DNA from: Guillardia theta CCMP2712 | Lineage: Eukaryota > Protista > Cryptophyta | Assembly (NCBI RefSeq): GCF_000315625.1 | Contig: NW_005434608.1 | Span: 185,353-249,352 of the forward strand | Reading direction: 5' to 3' | DNA length: 64,000 bases | Shown here: positions 1-12,000 of the stretch, piece by piece | How positions within the stretch are numbered: position 1 is the stretch's first letter | Layout: every line of letters begins with the position of its first letter | Made by a program: the position numbers and the translations under genes | The notes under the pieces: model-generated | Databases searched by the model: none | Seen by the model: the letters and a program-made list of their open reading frames with translations, nothing else | Told to the model about the DNA's origin: nothing

Positions 1-216
1 GCTTCCTAGTACCACCCCCCTATGCAAAGGATTTGTAGGCTGGTGGGTCGCTAGAAATCAGGGGTCCTTATCAAATGTTAACTTTGATGTTGGACCCCAC
101 CACTACTACCCCCACCCCCTTCCCTTCTACCCCGCCTTCCAATAATATTTCGGAACTTTCGGCCTTGTTCCCCACGCAGCGTCCCACGGCCGTCACAAGC
201 CACGAGCCGGCGGGAA

Positions 217-954
217 ATGCAGGCAACCATGACGACAGCCATGCGCGACAAGAGGAGAGAGTGGCTCATGAAGCAGGCTTCTTCTGCTTCCAACTTCTCT
301 TCTCTTGGTTCCGTCGCCTCATCCGACTCAGGATCTCAGAATGGCTCCAGCCGAAACCTGCGCGTGAATATCTCGCAAGTCAACGAGGAGCTGGGTTACC
401 GTGACAACCGGATCCGTGCCTTAACGAATCGGCTTGTTTCTAGTAGAAGCATGTCTGACATGCATGCTATTGCTGCCATTGACATCGATGCCTCATCGCA
501 GTGGAGTCAGCTGCAGGAGAAAGGGCTCGACAAACGCGAACAGGAAGACATTGAGACCGTCCCTCCTGCACTGACACAAAGCTCTGAAGTAATTGTTTCA
601 AATGCTTTGGCCCGACGAGGCTCCATGAACGACTTGTCGACAGCAAGCTACAAGCGTATCAACCTGAAAAGCGAATCCAGTGAGCAATCAAGCACTAAGA
701 CGAGAAGGAAGTCGGAAATAAATCGATACCTGATCAAGACGTACGCTCGTCTCGGTCAGCCAAAGGAGTCTGAAGAGTCCAGGCCAATACATTACTTTGT
801 TCCGGAACTCGAGCAGACAAGCACACGAGAGCCTGAGAAGTTTGAGCTGAACATTGGATCGGGGTTGTCAAATCTCTGGGACGACTGCAAGAAAATGAGC
901 GACTCCTACTTGGGGGGGGCGATGAAGAATCTTCAACAAACTTTCGTTCATTGA
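217..954 (+). CDS. Hypothetical single-exon Ser-rich protein (245 aa)
   Basis: Uninterrupted ATG-to-TGA ORF with natural-looking composition. No family recognised. Confidence 0.55.
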   Translation: MQATMTTAMRDKRREWLMKQASSASNFSSLGSVASSDSGSQNGSSRNLRVNISQVNEELGYRDNRIRALTNRLVSSRSMSDMHAIAAIDIDASSQWSQLQEKGLDKREQEDIETVPPALTQSSEVIVSNALARRGSMNDLSTASYKRINLKSESSEQSSTKTRRKSEINRYLIKTYARLGQPKESEESRPIHYFVPELEQTSTREPEKFELNIGSGLSNLWDDCKKMSDSYLGGAMKNLQQTFVH

Positions 955-1806
955 TTTTAGCTTACTTGTTGACTTTTGATTTTGTAGTGCCCTGTAAGGT
1001 TTGGATCTCGATTGTAATATATGATACTGTGTTGATAAGATGTAGCCATGGTCTGGCCCTCTCTTCTACATATCTCAACCACAACTAATTGTCAACGAGA
1101 TCACGGGAGTGAATGATTGTGGTTTGGAAACAACCCTGGACTACAACGGTCCGACCAAGTCTGGTCTCCATCTCGGTTGACTAGTCCGACAGTGGCGTTT
1201 GATGTTGGTGCCTTTGATTTCTCGAAACCCTATGATCCTGGCTCACGATTTGTAGCATCAGGTCCAAGCGAATCGTGAGGACCTGCCAGATGATTCCAAC
1301 AAGATAGGGCAGGATTACAAGTACGTCCCCGCTGGAGGTTTCATGGACAACCGAGGAGAAGGCATACATGGAAGTGCTCTCTCCCTTGGCTACGTAACGG
1401 TCGAGAACACGATGAAAACAGACAAAGAGGGGGTCAGACAATCTGAGAGGTGGTGGGATGTTCCTAAATTTTGGTAACAAGAGTCAAATGCTAATCATCG
1501 ATATTTATTCTCCTAGTACATGCGAAAACGTGTAGAAGTGAAGCAACAGAAACATCCAGATCAAAACATTCCTAAGCTTAAATTTACTATTTGACAAGTA
1601 CAGCTTTGTTGACATGTGACATGCCAAATGGAGAAAACGTTTTGTCACTAGCAAAGGAGATGAATTTGCACGTTTCTCAGGACAACAGAGAGAACTCTTT
1701 TCAAGAATAACACAATAGCTTATAAAAGGGTACAATTAATCCGCAACTGGAATCTGCATCATTTCCTTTCAGAGTCCGCGGACTGGCGGACAAGGGAGCG
1801 AGTGGC

Positions 1807-2700
1807 CTAGTGGACTGTCAGTAAGCAGAATCTTGGAGGAGCAGCCTTCAGCTGTACAGCTACCTGCGCCAATCTTGGATTCATCAAGCTCGACGGGGGC
1901 GGGTTGCAACCAATCGAGCTAGGTTTCTTTCCAGCAACTGCATGAGCCGCTGCTCGGTCGCAGTAGGTTTCCCTGGAGCGCGGCTGCCATCGAGTTGAAC
2001 TTCGCGTACAGCGGCAAGGCGACTCACCCATAACGCAGCCTGACGAGTTGCAAGATCATGGAGTAGTTGGAGTCCAGCATCTTATCCACCTCCTCCGGGT
2101 CCAACGGGGCCTTCAGGAAGTTTAGATTAGGAGAACAGTGAAAACAAACGTACAGAATTTGAACTGGATGCGCTCATTTCCTCCTTGCTTGTTGGAGGAT
2201 CCCTGCGCCTCCGTCAAACAGATCGTCTTCAAGACGTTCCTCCCCCCCCTCTCCCTTCTCCTCCCTCCTCCCTTCTCCCTCCTCCTCCGCCTTACTTCTC
2301 ATCAACGGATTGGTCCTTCTCATCCTCAGCCTCCCAGAGCTCAATGTCCACCTCGCTCTCCGAAGATCCTGCATGGGCCAGTCATGCTGTCGAGCATCAC
2401 GAGCTCGATGGTTCAAGTTGCTGCGCGATGGCGGTCCTCCAATAGTAGGGAGCCACAGGGCCTCTCTCTCATACACCATCTCATCTTCGTCGATCATACG
2501 GCATGCACATCACTTACTCCTCTCCTCTCCTCTCCTCTCTCCTCTCCTCCCTCCCTCCCCTCCTCTCCTCTCCTCTCCTCCCTTCCCCTCTCCTCGCCTC
2601 TCCCCTCACCTTCATCAGCCATCGCCCTTCGGCCTGCTGCTCGTAACGGGATCTGAAACGGCTCCGTGGTTTGTTTTTAACGGCTGCGCAACGGAAAACC
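1807..2700 (-). CDS. Multi-exon hypothetical protein with a C-terminal helical hairpin resembling SSXT / BRD7-9 C-terminal segments (5' end uncertain)
   Basis: Splicing short GT-AG introns gives ...EEMSASSSNS|APLDPEEVDKMLDSNYSMILQLVRLRYG|RAPGKPTATEQRLMQLLERNLARL|VAVQLKAAPP. An upstream acidic exon reads SSESEVDIELWEAEDEKDQSVDE. Confidence 0.45.
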
Positions 2701-2809
2701 CAGATGACGGATGGCGGGAAAGAGGGCAGAGCCGGAAGGACGAACGGAGAGAGGAGGAGCAGGAGCATGAAGAGAAGCGTGATCGGAATCAGGAGTGAGA
2801 TCAGGAGCG

Positions 2810-2810
<1 letters not shown>

Positions 2811-2850
<40 letters not shown>
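2811..2850. repeat. (AGC)n microsatellite
   Basis: Perfect trinucleotide run. Confidence 0.95.
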
Positions 2851-2852
<2 letters not shown>

Positions 2853-3157
2853 CAACAGGAGGAAGAGGATAGGGATTGGCATTGAATATTTTTTGAGATG
2901 GGCTGTCCGTGCCATGAAAGTCGTTTGGGTGGTCGAGCGTGGAAACGAGAGCAGAGACACAGTTTTGTGAAGATTCGGTCCAACAAACCGGCAAGATTGC
3001 GTGCTCTACAGTGTGCAAGACAAGGAGCTTTGACATGGCACTTGCCGTCGTTCAAATATGTAGCACACTATGTTCATTAGTTAGCTGGAACAGACCCGGA
3101 GGAGCATTCGCGCTCGAGCGCCTCCCCGTCCTACGATCTCCTGACATGCATGGGCAG

Positions 3158-4465
3158 ATGTCATTCAGATCCCAGACTGTGGAGCAGCAGAACCTCTGCC
3201 ATCAGTTCTCGGAGATCACGCAAGCAAGGTGAGTTCCAACTGAGAGGCCTCACCTTGACCAGTACTGCAGTCCTGAAGTTGCAGCGAGCATCCTGAGGAA
3301 GTGCAAATGGAACATCCGACAGGTTTGCTCTGCCATGGCAGCGACAGGACACCATGGTTGATTGTCCTCAGGCAATCGAGGTGTACTGGGAGAGCGCCGA
3401 CTTCTGCTCTCCCGCTGTTGACAGCTCGGCCATCGAAGCGCTGTTTGACAAGTACAAGGGTGAGGAGCTTGACCCTGCGGTGCACAACATGATGTCGGCT
3501 GGCAGACTCGGACGACAACGCCATAGGCGTTGACGGTCTGATCAACTTCTGCAACGACCTGGAGATTCCTCCCGACGACCTGCGGATGCTTTACTTCTGT
3601 TACAACCTCAAGGTCAAGCTTGCGCACGACTCCTTCCCCGCCATGCTCAATCGCAACTGTGCATTGTGCAGGCCAAGAGCGCGGTAAGATGGACCAACGC
3701 GGAGTTCGTGCAAGGGTTGTCTCGGCTGGGTGTAGACTCCATAGAGAAGATAAGAGACAGGTTAACTCTCCCCTACGTTGATCCTCCTTTCTCACCATCT
3801 CTCTCTCTATCCTCCTTTGTCTCTCCGTCATCTCCCTCCGTCCTCTTTCTCAACATCTCCTTTCTTGCCATCTCTCTTCATCCACTGTCTCTCTATCGTC
3901 TCGGTTGATCTTCTTCATCCTCTCCATCCTCCTTGCTTGTCTCTGTTGTGACCTGAGGCCATCACGGCAGCCTCAAGCACATGCGGTCTGAGCTTTCAAG
4001 TCCCAGCAAATTCAAAGATTTCTACGCGTACGCCTTCGACATCTCTCGGTACCGTCGTGTTGTTTCAGCGTCACTCGACGTGTGAATGGGACATGGCAGA
4101 CAAGATGGGCAGAAGGTTCTTGACCTACAAACAGCCATACAGCTTTGGAGGATGTTGTTAGAGGGACGATTCGATCATCTGGACCTATGGTGTGAATACC
4201 TCGAGAAAGTGTACAACAAGGCGATTACCAAAGACACCTGGCAACTCACCCTTGAGTTCTCGTAAGAGATGGGCATGTTGCTGTGATCATGGTGATACAT
4301 CTGCAGGCAAACTGTGAATGAGGACTTCTCAAACATCGACCTGGAAAACAGCGCGTGGCCAGTGGTGATTGACGAGGTGAAATTGCAATGTCTTGCTCTT
4401 AGTGTCAGAGAAGCTGAACTGCCTCGCAGTTTGTTGAGTATTGCAGAGCCAAGGTGCCCTCGTAA
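3158..4465 (+). CDS. DCN1: DCN1-like cullin neddylation E3 (UBA-like + PONY domain)
   Basis: Spliced translation: QFSEITQASPEVAASILRKCKWNIRQAIEVYW, IEALFDKYK, IGVDGLINFCNDLEIPPDD, EFVQGLSRLGVDSIEK, FKDFYAYAFDISR, QKVLDLQTAIQLWRMLL, AITKDTWQLTLEF, SAWPVVIDEFVEY. Stop TAA at 4463-4465. Confidence 0.93.
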
Positions 4466-4897
4466 GGTCGTGTCATCAGATGTTTGCATGCTGAACGATC
4501 GGATGAGTTTGCGGCGGGGTGAGGAGGAGGTGCCGTAGAGGGAGGGGAGATTCGACATGTACATCAAGGGGGAGGTACAAGCAAGGAGAGTGATTGAGCG
4601 ATCTCAGCTACTGTAAGGATGGACCATTGTAGGCTTGCCTATCAAGGTTTTGATGAACTCAATCAAACGTTGCCATGACAACGATAGGGAATGGATGATA
4701 TATTTAAAAGAAGAAGAGTGAAGAGTGGTTGTCAATTTGTTGTGCTCTGCCCAAACACCGCAGATTTCTGAGTGGCCGCAACAACAACGCACAGACTTTC
4801 TTTAATTTTGCATGCATAACGACAAGTGTGACTTGATAATCTACACAAAGAGGAGGGGGCCAACAAGTTACTGGGGTAACAGAAGAACGGAATACCA

Positions 4898-7800
4898 TCA
4901 GCGTAGCTCTCTGATCCATCGCATCTCAAGATTTGCCAGCCGAGAGCTCTCGCCGAGCCTGTGGGACCGAGTGAACGACAGGGAATGGCTGGAGGAGGGA
5001 GGAGGAAGAGGAGTAAGAGATGCACGATCAAGGGGGAGGAAGAGCAGGATAAAGCCATAGAGAAATGTGAGAGGGCAAGAAAGCTGAGGCAAAGGTGAGG
5101 GGAGGAGAGCGGTTGGAGGGAGGAAGGGGGAGGGAGTGAACGAGGAGAGGAAGGAATCGACGGATGGGAAAGGAAAGCGAGGGATGGGAAAGGGGGCGAG
5201 AGGGCGGAGGAGGAGAAGAAAGAGGAGGAGGCGAAATTTCTAAAGGCTGATTGAGTGGTTGGGACGTGCAACCCGGTTGCGCTTATCAAGAGTCCTCCTG
5301 TTGAGTTTGAGCGATTCAAGGGAGACTATGCAGTCCCTGAGCAGCTGTCAGTTTATCAAAAGCCCCCCTCCTCCTCGTCCTTCCCTCCCTCTCTGCTCCC
5401 TCCCTTCCTCCCTCCTCCACTTCCTCCGTCCTCCTCCTTGCCCTGCCCTGCCCTGCCCTGCCCTGCCCTGCCCTGCCCTGCCCTGCCCTGCCCTGCCCTG
5501 GCTCACTTCCCCTCTCCTCCTTGACTCCTTCACTGCATGTTGACCTGCAGTAGGTGAGGAGAAATCTCATCGTCTCCAACCGAGTTCGACGAGGGTTTTT
5601 CACGAGCATGAGCTGTGAGGCTCGTTAGGATTCGGTGAGAGGGGAAGAGGTGTGACAGGCAGAACAAACAAGAGGAGATGTCAAGACGGACTACATGGGA
5701 GAAGAGAAGGAAAAGGGAGGAAGGCGAGAAGGCGGCAGACAGCCAGGGGAGGAAAGTAGAAAATGAAGGGAGGGAGGGAGGGAGGGAGGGAGGGAGGGAG
5801 GGAGGGAGGGAGCGAGCGAGGGAGCGAGGGAGGGAGCGAGGGAGGGAGCGAGCGAGGGAGCGAGGGAGGGAGCGAGGGAGGGAGAGGGAGGGAGGTATGC
5901 CTGGATTGATCCGCTCTTTTGCACAGTAGCACTGAAGCATAGCTTGAGTTCTCCTTTCTCCACAAAGAAATTGAAATTGATCGCCCCCGTCAACTGCTCC
6001 AGGTTCTCACCTTTCGTCTCCTCCTCCTCCTCCTCCTCTCCTCCTTCACCTGCTTGCTGTATTTCTCCACCTTGTTCTCCTCCTTCAACCTCTCCAGCAC
6101 CTTCGCCATCCGGTCAACGTCAAACCCGTAGCTGGGGTCCATGACCTGCCATCAGTCTTACTTCTCAACCCTAGCCCCTTTCCCATCCGCTCTGCCTCCC
6201 TTTCTCCTCCCCTTCCCCTTCCCCTCCCCTCGCTGCTTCAGATTTCCCAGGTCGAGCGAGCACCCTGACCGTCACCTACCGCGTTGTCGGTGGAGGAGAA
6301 GACGGGGTTTGGAGAGAGCTGGAGGTCTTCGATCTTTCGGCCCTGCTGCTCGAAGAGGCATCGGAAGAGGGGGAAGAGATCCTCGTTGCTCGACAGCTGC
6401 CCGGAGTACTGGGCCTTGTGCCTCTTCTCAGGGTCCTTGTTGTTGAAGCCGAAGAGGCGGATCGATGCCTTTTGCGACTTCTTGTTCTGCTCGAGCATTT
6501 CCATGCCGATCGTGACGACGCCTCCAAAGAAGAGCCTCCCCTCCTCTGAGGGCCAGGATCAGCACCAAAAGCGGTGGAGCTGGAGGGGATAGTAGAGCAA
6601 AGTATGGGAGAAGCGATGAGGGAGAAGGAGGCGGGGGGGGGGTGGAGGAGAGGAGGGAGATGGAGAGAGGGGAGTGATGTCTGGAGAGGACACGGAAAGG
6701 AAGGAAGAGCAGCTGGGAGGTCTTACTGCTCTGTGCAGTTGTGATCTCATTGATCTTGAAGCTGCACCTCTTGTTGATATACAACATCAACCCCTTCTCC
6801 TGTTAGCTGTGTCAACGACGGTTGGAACGAGCCAATAGACAAAAAGGGACACACGATATGCTCGCTGAGCTCCTTGATAGTGACTGCCTGGCTGTTCTGA
6901 ATTCTGAAGGATAACTGCAACAACATCGATCAGGAGAGCCAGCAGTTCATGTAGGACAGGAAGCGGAGCAAAAACATCCAAAGCAAGATCTGGAGTGGAA
7001 CAAACCTTGACATTGGAAGTGGAGCTTGAGAGGGGGTTGAACAAGACATCGAAACCTTCCTTCCGGTACATGTCCCGAACGATCGCTTCGTCCGAGTCCA
7101 AACTCTAGAGCACGGCATCGTCAGGTGGATGCTCTTCGCAGAGTTTGACTCACGTCATCCTCCCAGTCGTTTTGAGGCGCAATGATGCCGTCAGCCTGCC
7201 CAACGTCGTTGAGCGTTCTGAAACAGACTTGGATACAGGATCCTTACTTTACGCTTCTTTGAACTAGGCGTTTCCTTTGTCATTTCATTTTGTTTTCTCT
7301 TGTTGTCTGCGGACTCACGTCAACTCTTGCCTGCTATCGGTGACGTTCAACTTACTTTGCGTTGCAGCGGGACAGGGAGAAGATTGCGCGGTAACGTTGC
7401 GTTGATCAACACTGCAAGTTATCTTAGCAGGTTGAAAATTACTGTGATGTGGGGGGGGGGGGGAGAGGGAGGGAGGGAGGGAGGGAGCGAAGGAGCAAGG
7501 TGTACTTCTGTTCTTCCAATGTGCCCTCCGCGTTCTCTTCTTCACTTCGACTTCTGTGAGACAAGTTTTCACACATCTCGACCAGGCCTGTCTTCTCGCT
7601 CACCCTTCCTCAGTCTTGCTCGATGACAGGTTGCTCTCCTGACTCGCAGATTTGAAGCTCGTGAGTACATCAGCAGCTTTCTCTGCAGCTTCTTCTGAAG
7701 TTGGGCACAGGAAAGAGTCAGTGCGAAATAGTCAAGGCCGATGAGGTATCAGGTTGAAATGAGGAGGAAAGACTGATAGCACTGGATAGAAAGATGCTAC

Positions 7801-8142
7801 AAGACAAGAACCAAGAAGCTTACCTTCCTCAGGACGTTGAAATTGACTCTCTTGTTCATCTTCACGATCTGACGTCTCATGTTCCCTTCTGCCCTTGCTG
7901 TCGCGGAGATTGGGCCCATCCTGCCTTTCGGACAGTCCTCCGATCATCCGTTCTGCCGTAGCATGCACATCGGACAGAGAATAACTTTCTTGCGAATAGT
8001 TTTCTTGCGAGCTGATCTGAAATGGTTCAATCTCAAAATGGTTCTGACTCGAAAAAGAATCCGATGGCATATCTGTTATCTTTCCATCGAATACATCTGC
8101 AAAATCTTGCGAAGAACTCATCCTTCCTGACTCCTGCGACAT
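4898..8142 (-). CDS. Multi-exon hypothetical nuclear protein with an SQ-rich acidic N-terminus and a globular C-terminal region
   Basis: ATG at 8142 with an in-frame stop upstream. Exons read MSQESGRMSSSQDF..., KSASQESNLSS, KRKQNEMTKETPSSKKRK (NLS-like), DSDEAIVRDMYRKEGFDVLFNP, RLFFGGVVTIGMEMLEQ..., VMDPSYGFDVDRMAKVLE, AINFNFFVEKGELKLCFS, RLANLEMRWIRELR*. Not every junction was verified. Confidence 0.6.
5438..5500. repeat. (CCCTG)n pentanucleotide repeat (intronic)
   Basis: Perfect tandem run. Confidence 0.95.
5767..5893. repeat. (GGGA)n/(GCGA)n compound microsatellite (intronic)
   Basis: Tandem tetranucleotide run. Confidence 0.95.
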
Positions 8143-9051
8143 GTTGGGCTGAGCCCGTCGCTCGATTTCCTGACTAGCAGCTCGAGCGCCCGGTTGTCAG
8201 GTGCGAGACATGTCCTTTCTCTCAACCCATTCGCGGGATACCACCCACAGCTAGCCGTTCATGCACACGGGAGCGACGAAGCTGAGGGTTTCATCTGCAA
8301 AGATGTCAAGAGCGTTGAATGCAGGAAACCTTGACAGGTATTCCCAACTCCATCGATCATCAGGCGCGGTGAAAGTGACATGTTACTACCCTCCGTTTAT
8401 TGACCTCCCTTGTCCTGTTGGAGGCTGGAACCTCATCCTGGTCACCTCACTCTAGCGTGTCTCCCTCTTGTCTGCTCCATATCGGCCCTCACCTCGCGGC
8501 ATTAACTCTCTCTACCCCTCAATATTTGAGTCTCGATCCCATTGATACGTTCTCACTTTCCCTCTACGCATCTCGCAGCTCAACCAGTCTTCCTATGTTT
8601 CTTTGTTACTATTCATCTTCGCTCGTTCTCTTCCTCTTTCTCGCCCACCCCATCGCCCCTTGATCCCACACGCGTCAACTCCTCCATTTCCCACCTGCAT
8701 CCCTCAACTTATCGTTTTTTCCAGCATCGCATGCCACAGTGCACCTGAAGTCCCTTGTCTCTCATTTCATCTGCAGCTTGTCCTCTCTCTGCCTCCTCCT
8801 CCCCTCCCGCTCCCTTCCTCCTCCCCTCCCGCTCCCCTCCTCCTCCCCTCCCGCTCCGCACCATCCCTGCTCCTTCTCATCTCTTCCCTCTCCTTCATCT
8901 ACGTTCTAGACGCGACATTCAGCCGTACCCCACCCCCTTCGCTACCTGACAATGATCGTAATATGACCGGTACCATTTGCTCCTCTGAAGACCCTCAGGA
9001 GCTCTTAGGTTTGGTGGGGTACTGAGACCGTTACAAACGGTTATTTGGAAA

Positions 9052-12000
9052 ATGCTCTGGGCAATGACAAATGCTGTCGGAGCAGGGGCCGGGGCGGGAG
9101 TAGGAGGAGGAGGAGGAGGAGCAGGAGCAGCAGCAGGAGCAGGAGGAGCAGGAGCAGGAGCAGGAGCAGCGTCCAGAGGACCAGCAGGAGGAGCATGTAT
9201 AGAGGCGAACTTGATGGGGTTCCACCATTCGAGGTTGATCCGTGTGGGAGGAGCTCAATTCAGTCCCTCCTGCCAAGTGAGGGCGGGGAGAGAAGATTTG
9301 ATGCGTCCAACCTGCGGAGGTTGGAACGATGGAAGAAACTGCGAGATGTTGGGGTGGAGGCGAAAGATCCTAGGGAATGTACAGAGCGGATCGCGTGCGG
9401 GGGCGTCGGGACAAAGGCAAGGGGACTGGAGATGGAAAACACTGTCCCGAAAGTGTAGCTCCTTTGTGCACTCCTCCTCAAAAATCCTCAGAAACCTGAT
9501 CGTCCTCCTCCTTCTGATAGTTGGAACCTGGTTTCAATCCCCCAAGGTTGCGAGTGCGAAGGAGGGAGTGGGGGTGCAGGCGGAGCAAGCGGAGCAGGAG
9601 CGCGTTGTAAACCCAAACTCCAGGGCATGGAAAGAAGAGTTCAAAGGGTCCGAGCTCCCGCTATGGGCTCAGTTTGCTCGCAGGGACGTGACTCTTGCGA
9701 ACATGGAGGACAAGGAAATGTTCATGACGGAGTGCAAGGCAGTCGTGCAGAGTCCTGTAGAGTACGTGTACGTGATGACGTTTGGGTCTCTCGAAGAGCA
9801 GGAGAGGTTCCTCCTGCGGCACTCCGGGGTAGAGCAGCCCGCCATGGTGCCATCGCAAGGGGGGGCAGTTGAAGCTGCCAAGGAGGGAGAGGGAGGACTT
9901 GTGGAGATGTCCCCCGGCTTCATCTTCAGGACGGCCGTGCTCGTCCTCTCTGTGCTGTGTATCTCTGCGCTGAACATGCCGATACAATCGCCCACCATCC
10001 GGCTGTTTGATAAGGCGTCTAGGAAGAAGGAGGAGTCAGTGAGGAAGAAATTTGGTCGAGTCGTGGCAAGGGGCGCAAACTCGAGTGCGGCCTTGCTGTC
10101 TACCAAGATCCCCGGGAAACAGGACGCGTCGAGCTACGACTTTGTTGTTATAGGTGAGCTTGTGGAGGAGGGAGGGAGGGAGGGAGGGAGGGAGGGGGAG
10201 AGAGAGGAGGGAGACGAGGAGGCGTGTATTGAAGAAAGGGGAAGGAGGAAGAGGAAGGAAAGGAGAAGGGGAGTATAGGAGGGAGGGGAAGGAAAGAGGG
10301 AGTCATCGGAGGGGGCCTGTGTTGTCTCTTGACAAGGAGGGATGCAGGAGGTGGAGCAGCAGGGCTGATGGCTGCAGGGCTCGGGACTTCGCTCGGGGCC
10401 AAGACTGTGTTGATTGAGGCGGATGAGATAGGAGGAGACTGTACGAACCAGGTTAAGGGAGGGAGGGGATGGTGGTGAGGGCGGCAGGAAGGGGATAGCG
10501 GGCAGGTCGAAGAGGTGATTAGGGAAAGGGAGTCGGGTGAGGTTGGGAGAAGGAGAAGGAGAAGGAGAAGAAGAGAACGGGGAGGAGAGAGGAGAGGAGA
10601 GAAGAGGGGAGGGGTGGGGAGGGTGGTGGTGGTTGTGGTAGTTGTGGAGGAGGAGGAGGAGCTGATGCTGCATTCAGGGCTGTGTGCCCAGCAAAGCGTT
10701 GCTGCATGCAGGCAACGAGATGTCGCTACGAATGTGATGCGCCTTGACGACTTGAAGTTGTTGGCATGATGAGATGACGCAGGCCATCTTGGAGGAGCAA
10801 TCTTTCAGATTCACTACAAGGTCCGCCATCTTCAAGCTTTGAACCCTCCTCTCCTACCTCTTCCTCCTCCTCCTCCTCCACCACCACCACCACCTCCTCC
10901 TCCTCCTCCTCTACTTCTCTCTCTCCCCTCCCCTCTTTCTTCCTCTCCCTCCATCTTCCAATTTCTCTCTTGTCCTCACGCGTGCTCCCCCCTGTCTCAT
11001 GCTAACGATGACTTCAGATGGCGTAAGGGCTTCACTTACCCGAGTCTCAGTAACGCTTGTCAAAGGCTGACGCACCTGGCGCCGCCTCCCTGTACCCAGT
11101 CAAGAGGTTTCCTCTGCCCTCTACATCCTCTGCTGAGTCAGCAGCAGCCACATCCAGTCGGTCGTTGCCAGGGTGAAATCGCACGAGTCGGCAGAGGCGA
11201 TTCAGAAAGGTGGAGCAACCAACGTGCTGATGGTGGTGGTGGACCTGTATGGTTGACGTGCTTGTGCTGTCCCGTCTCTGTCTTGTCCGTCCCTCTCGCT
11301 ATCTATGTGATGGTTCGCCCAGCGGGGATCTCGTTTATCCACGGACAAGCGTCTTTCAAGGGTCAGAACAAGATCCTTGTGAGAAGATCTGACGGGAATT
11401 CTTCCGAGGTGTGCCATCTGCTCTTCTCAACACCTTGACAACATCTCCGTCATTTCCGTTGCATCTCCACACTCCTGTCATGAATCTTTTCTTGAATCTT
11501 CCTCCATCCTCCTCTCTTGTCGATCACTCAGATTCACTCTCCCAACAGATCGTGGGGAAGAAAATTCTGATTTGCACGGGGGCGGAGCCGAAAGTCCCAG
11601 CGATCAAGGGGATCAGGAACGTGAACTTTTGGACCTACCGAGATGTAAAACTTGTTGCTGCATGGGGAAGGAACTGAAATGATTCTCCTCTCCTCCAGCT
11701 TTTCAAGCGCTTCCCCTCTGACCGCCCTGCTCACCTCGTCATCATCGGTAAGAGCTGACGAGAGTCGGCCGGGGCCTGGGANNNNNNNNNNNNNNNNNNN
11801 NNNNNNNNNNNNNNNNNNNNNNNNNNNNNNNNNNNNNNNNNNNNNNNNNNNNNNNNNNNNNNNNNNNNNNNNNNNNNNNNNGCTTCATCTTCGCTCCTCC
11901 TTTCTCTCTCCTCTCTCCTCTCTCCTCTCTCCTCTCTCCTCTCTCCTCTCTCCTCTCTCCTCTCTCCTCTCTCCTCTCCTCTCCTCTCTCTCCTTCCTCC

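Noticed and set aside
1000-1760. Short ORFs between the first two genes
   Set aside because: No coherent spliced model or recognisable motif in either orientation.
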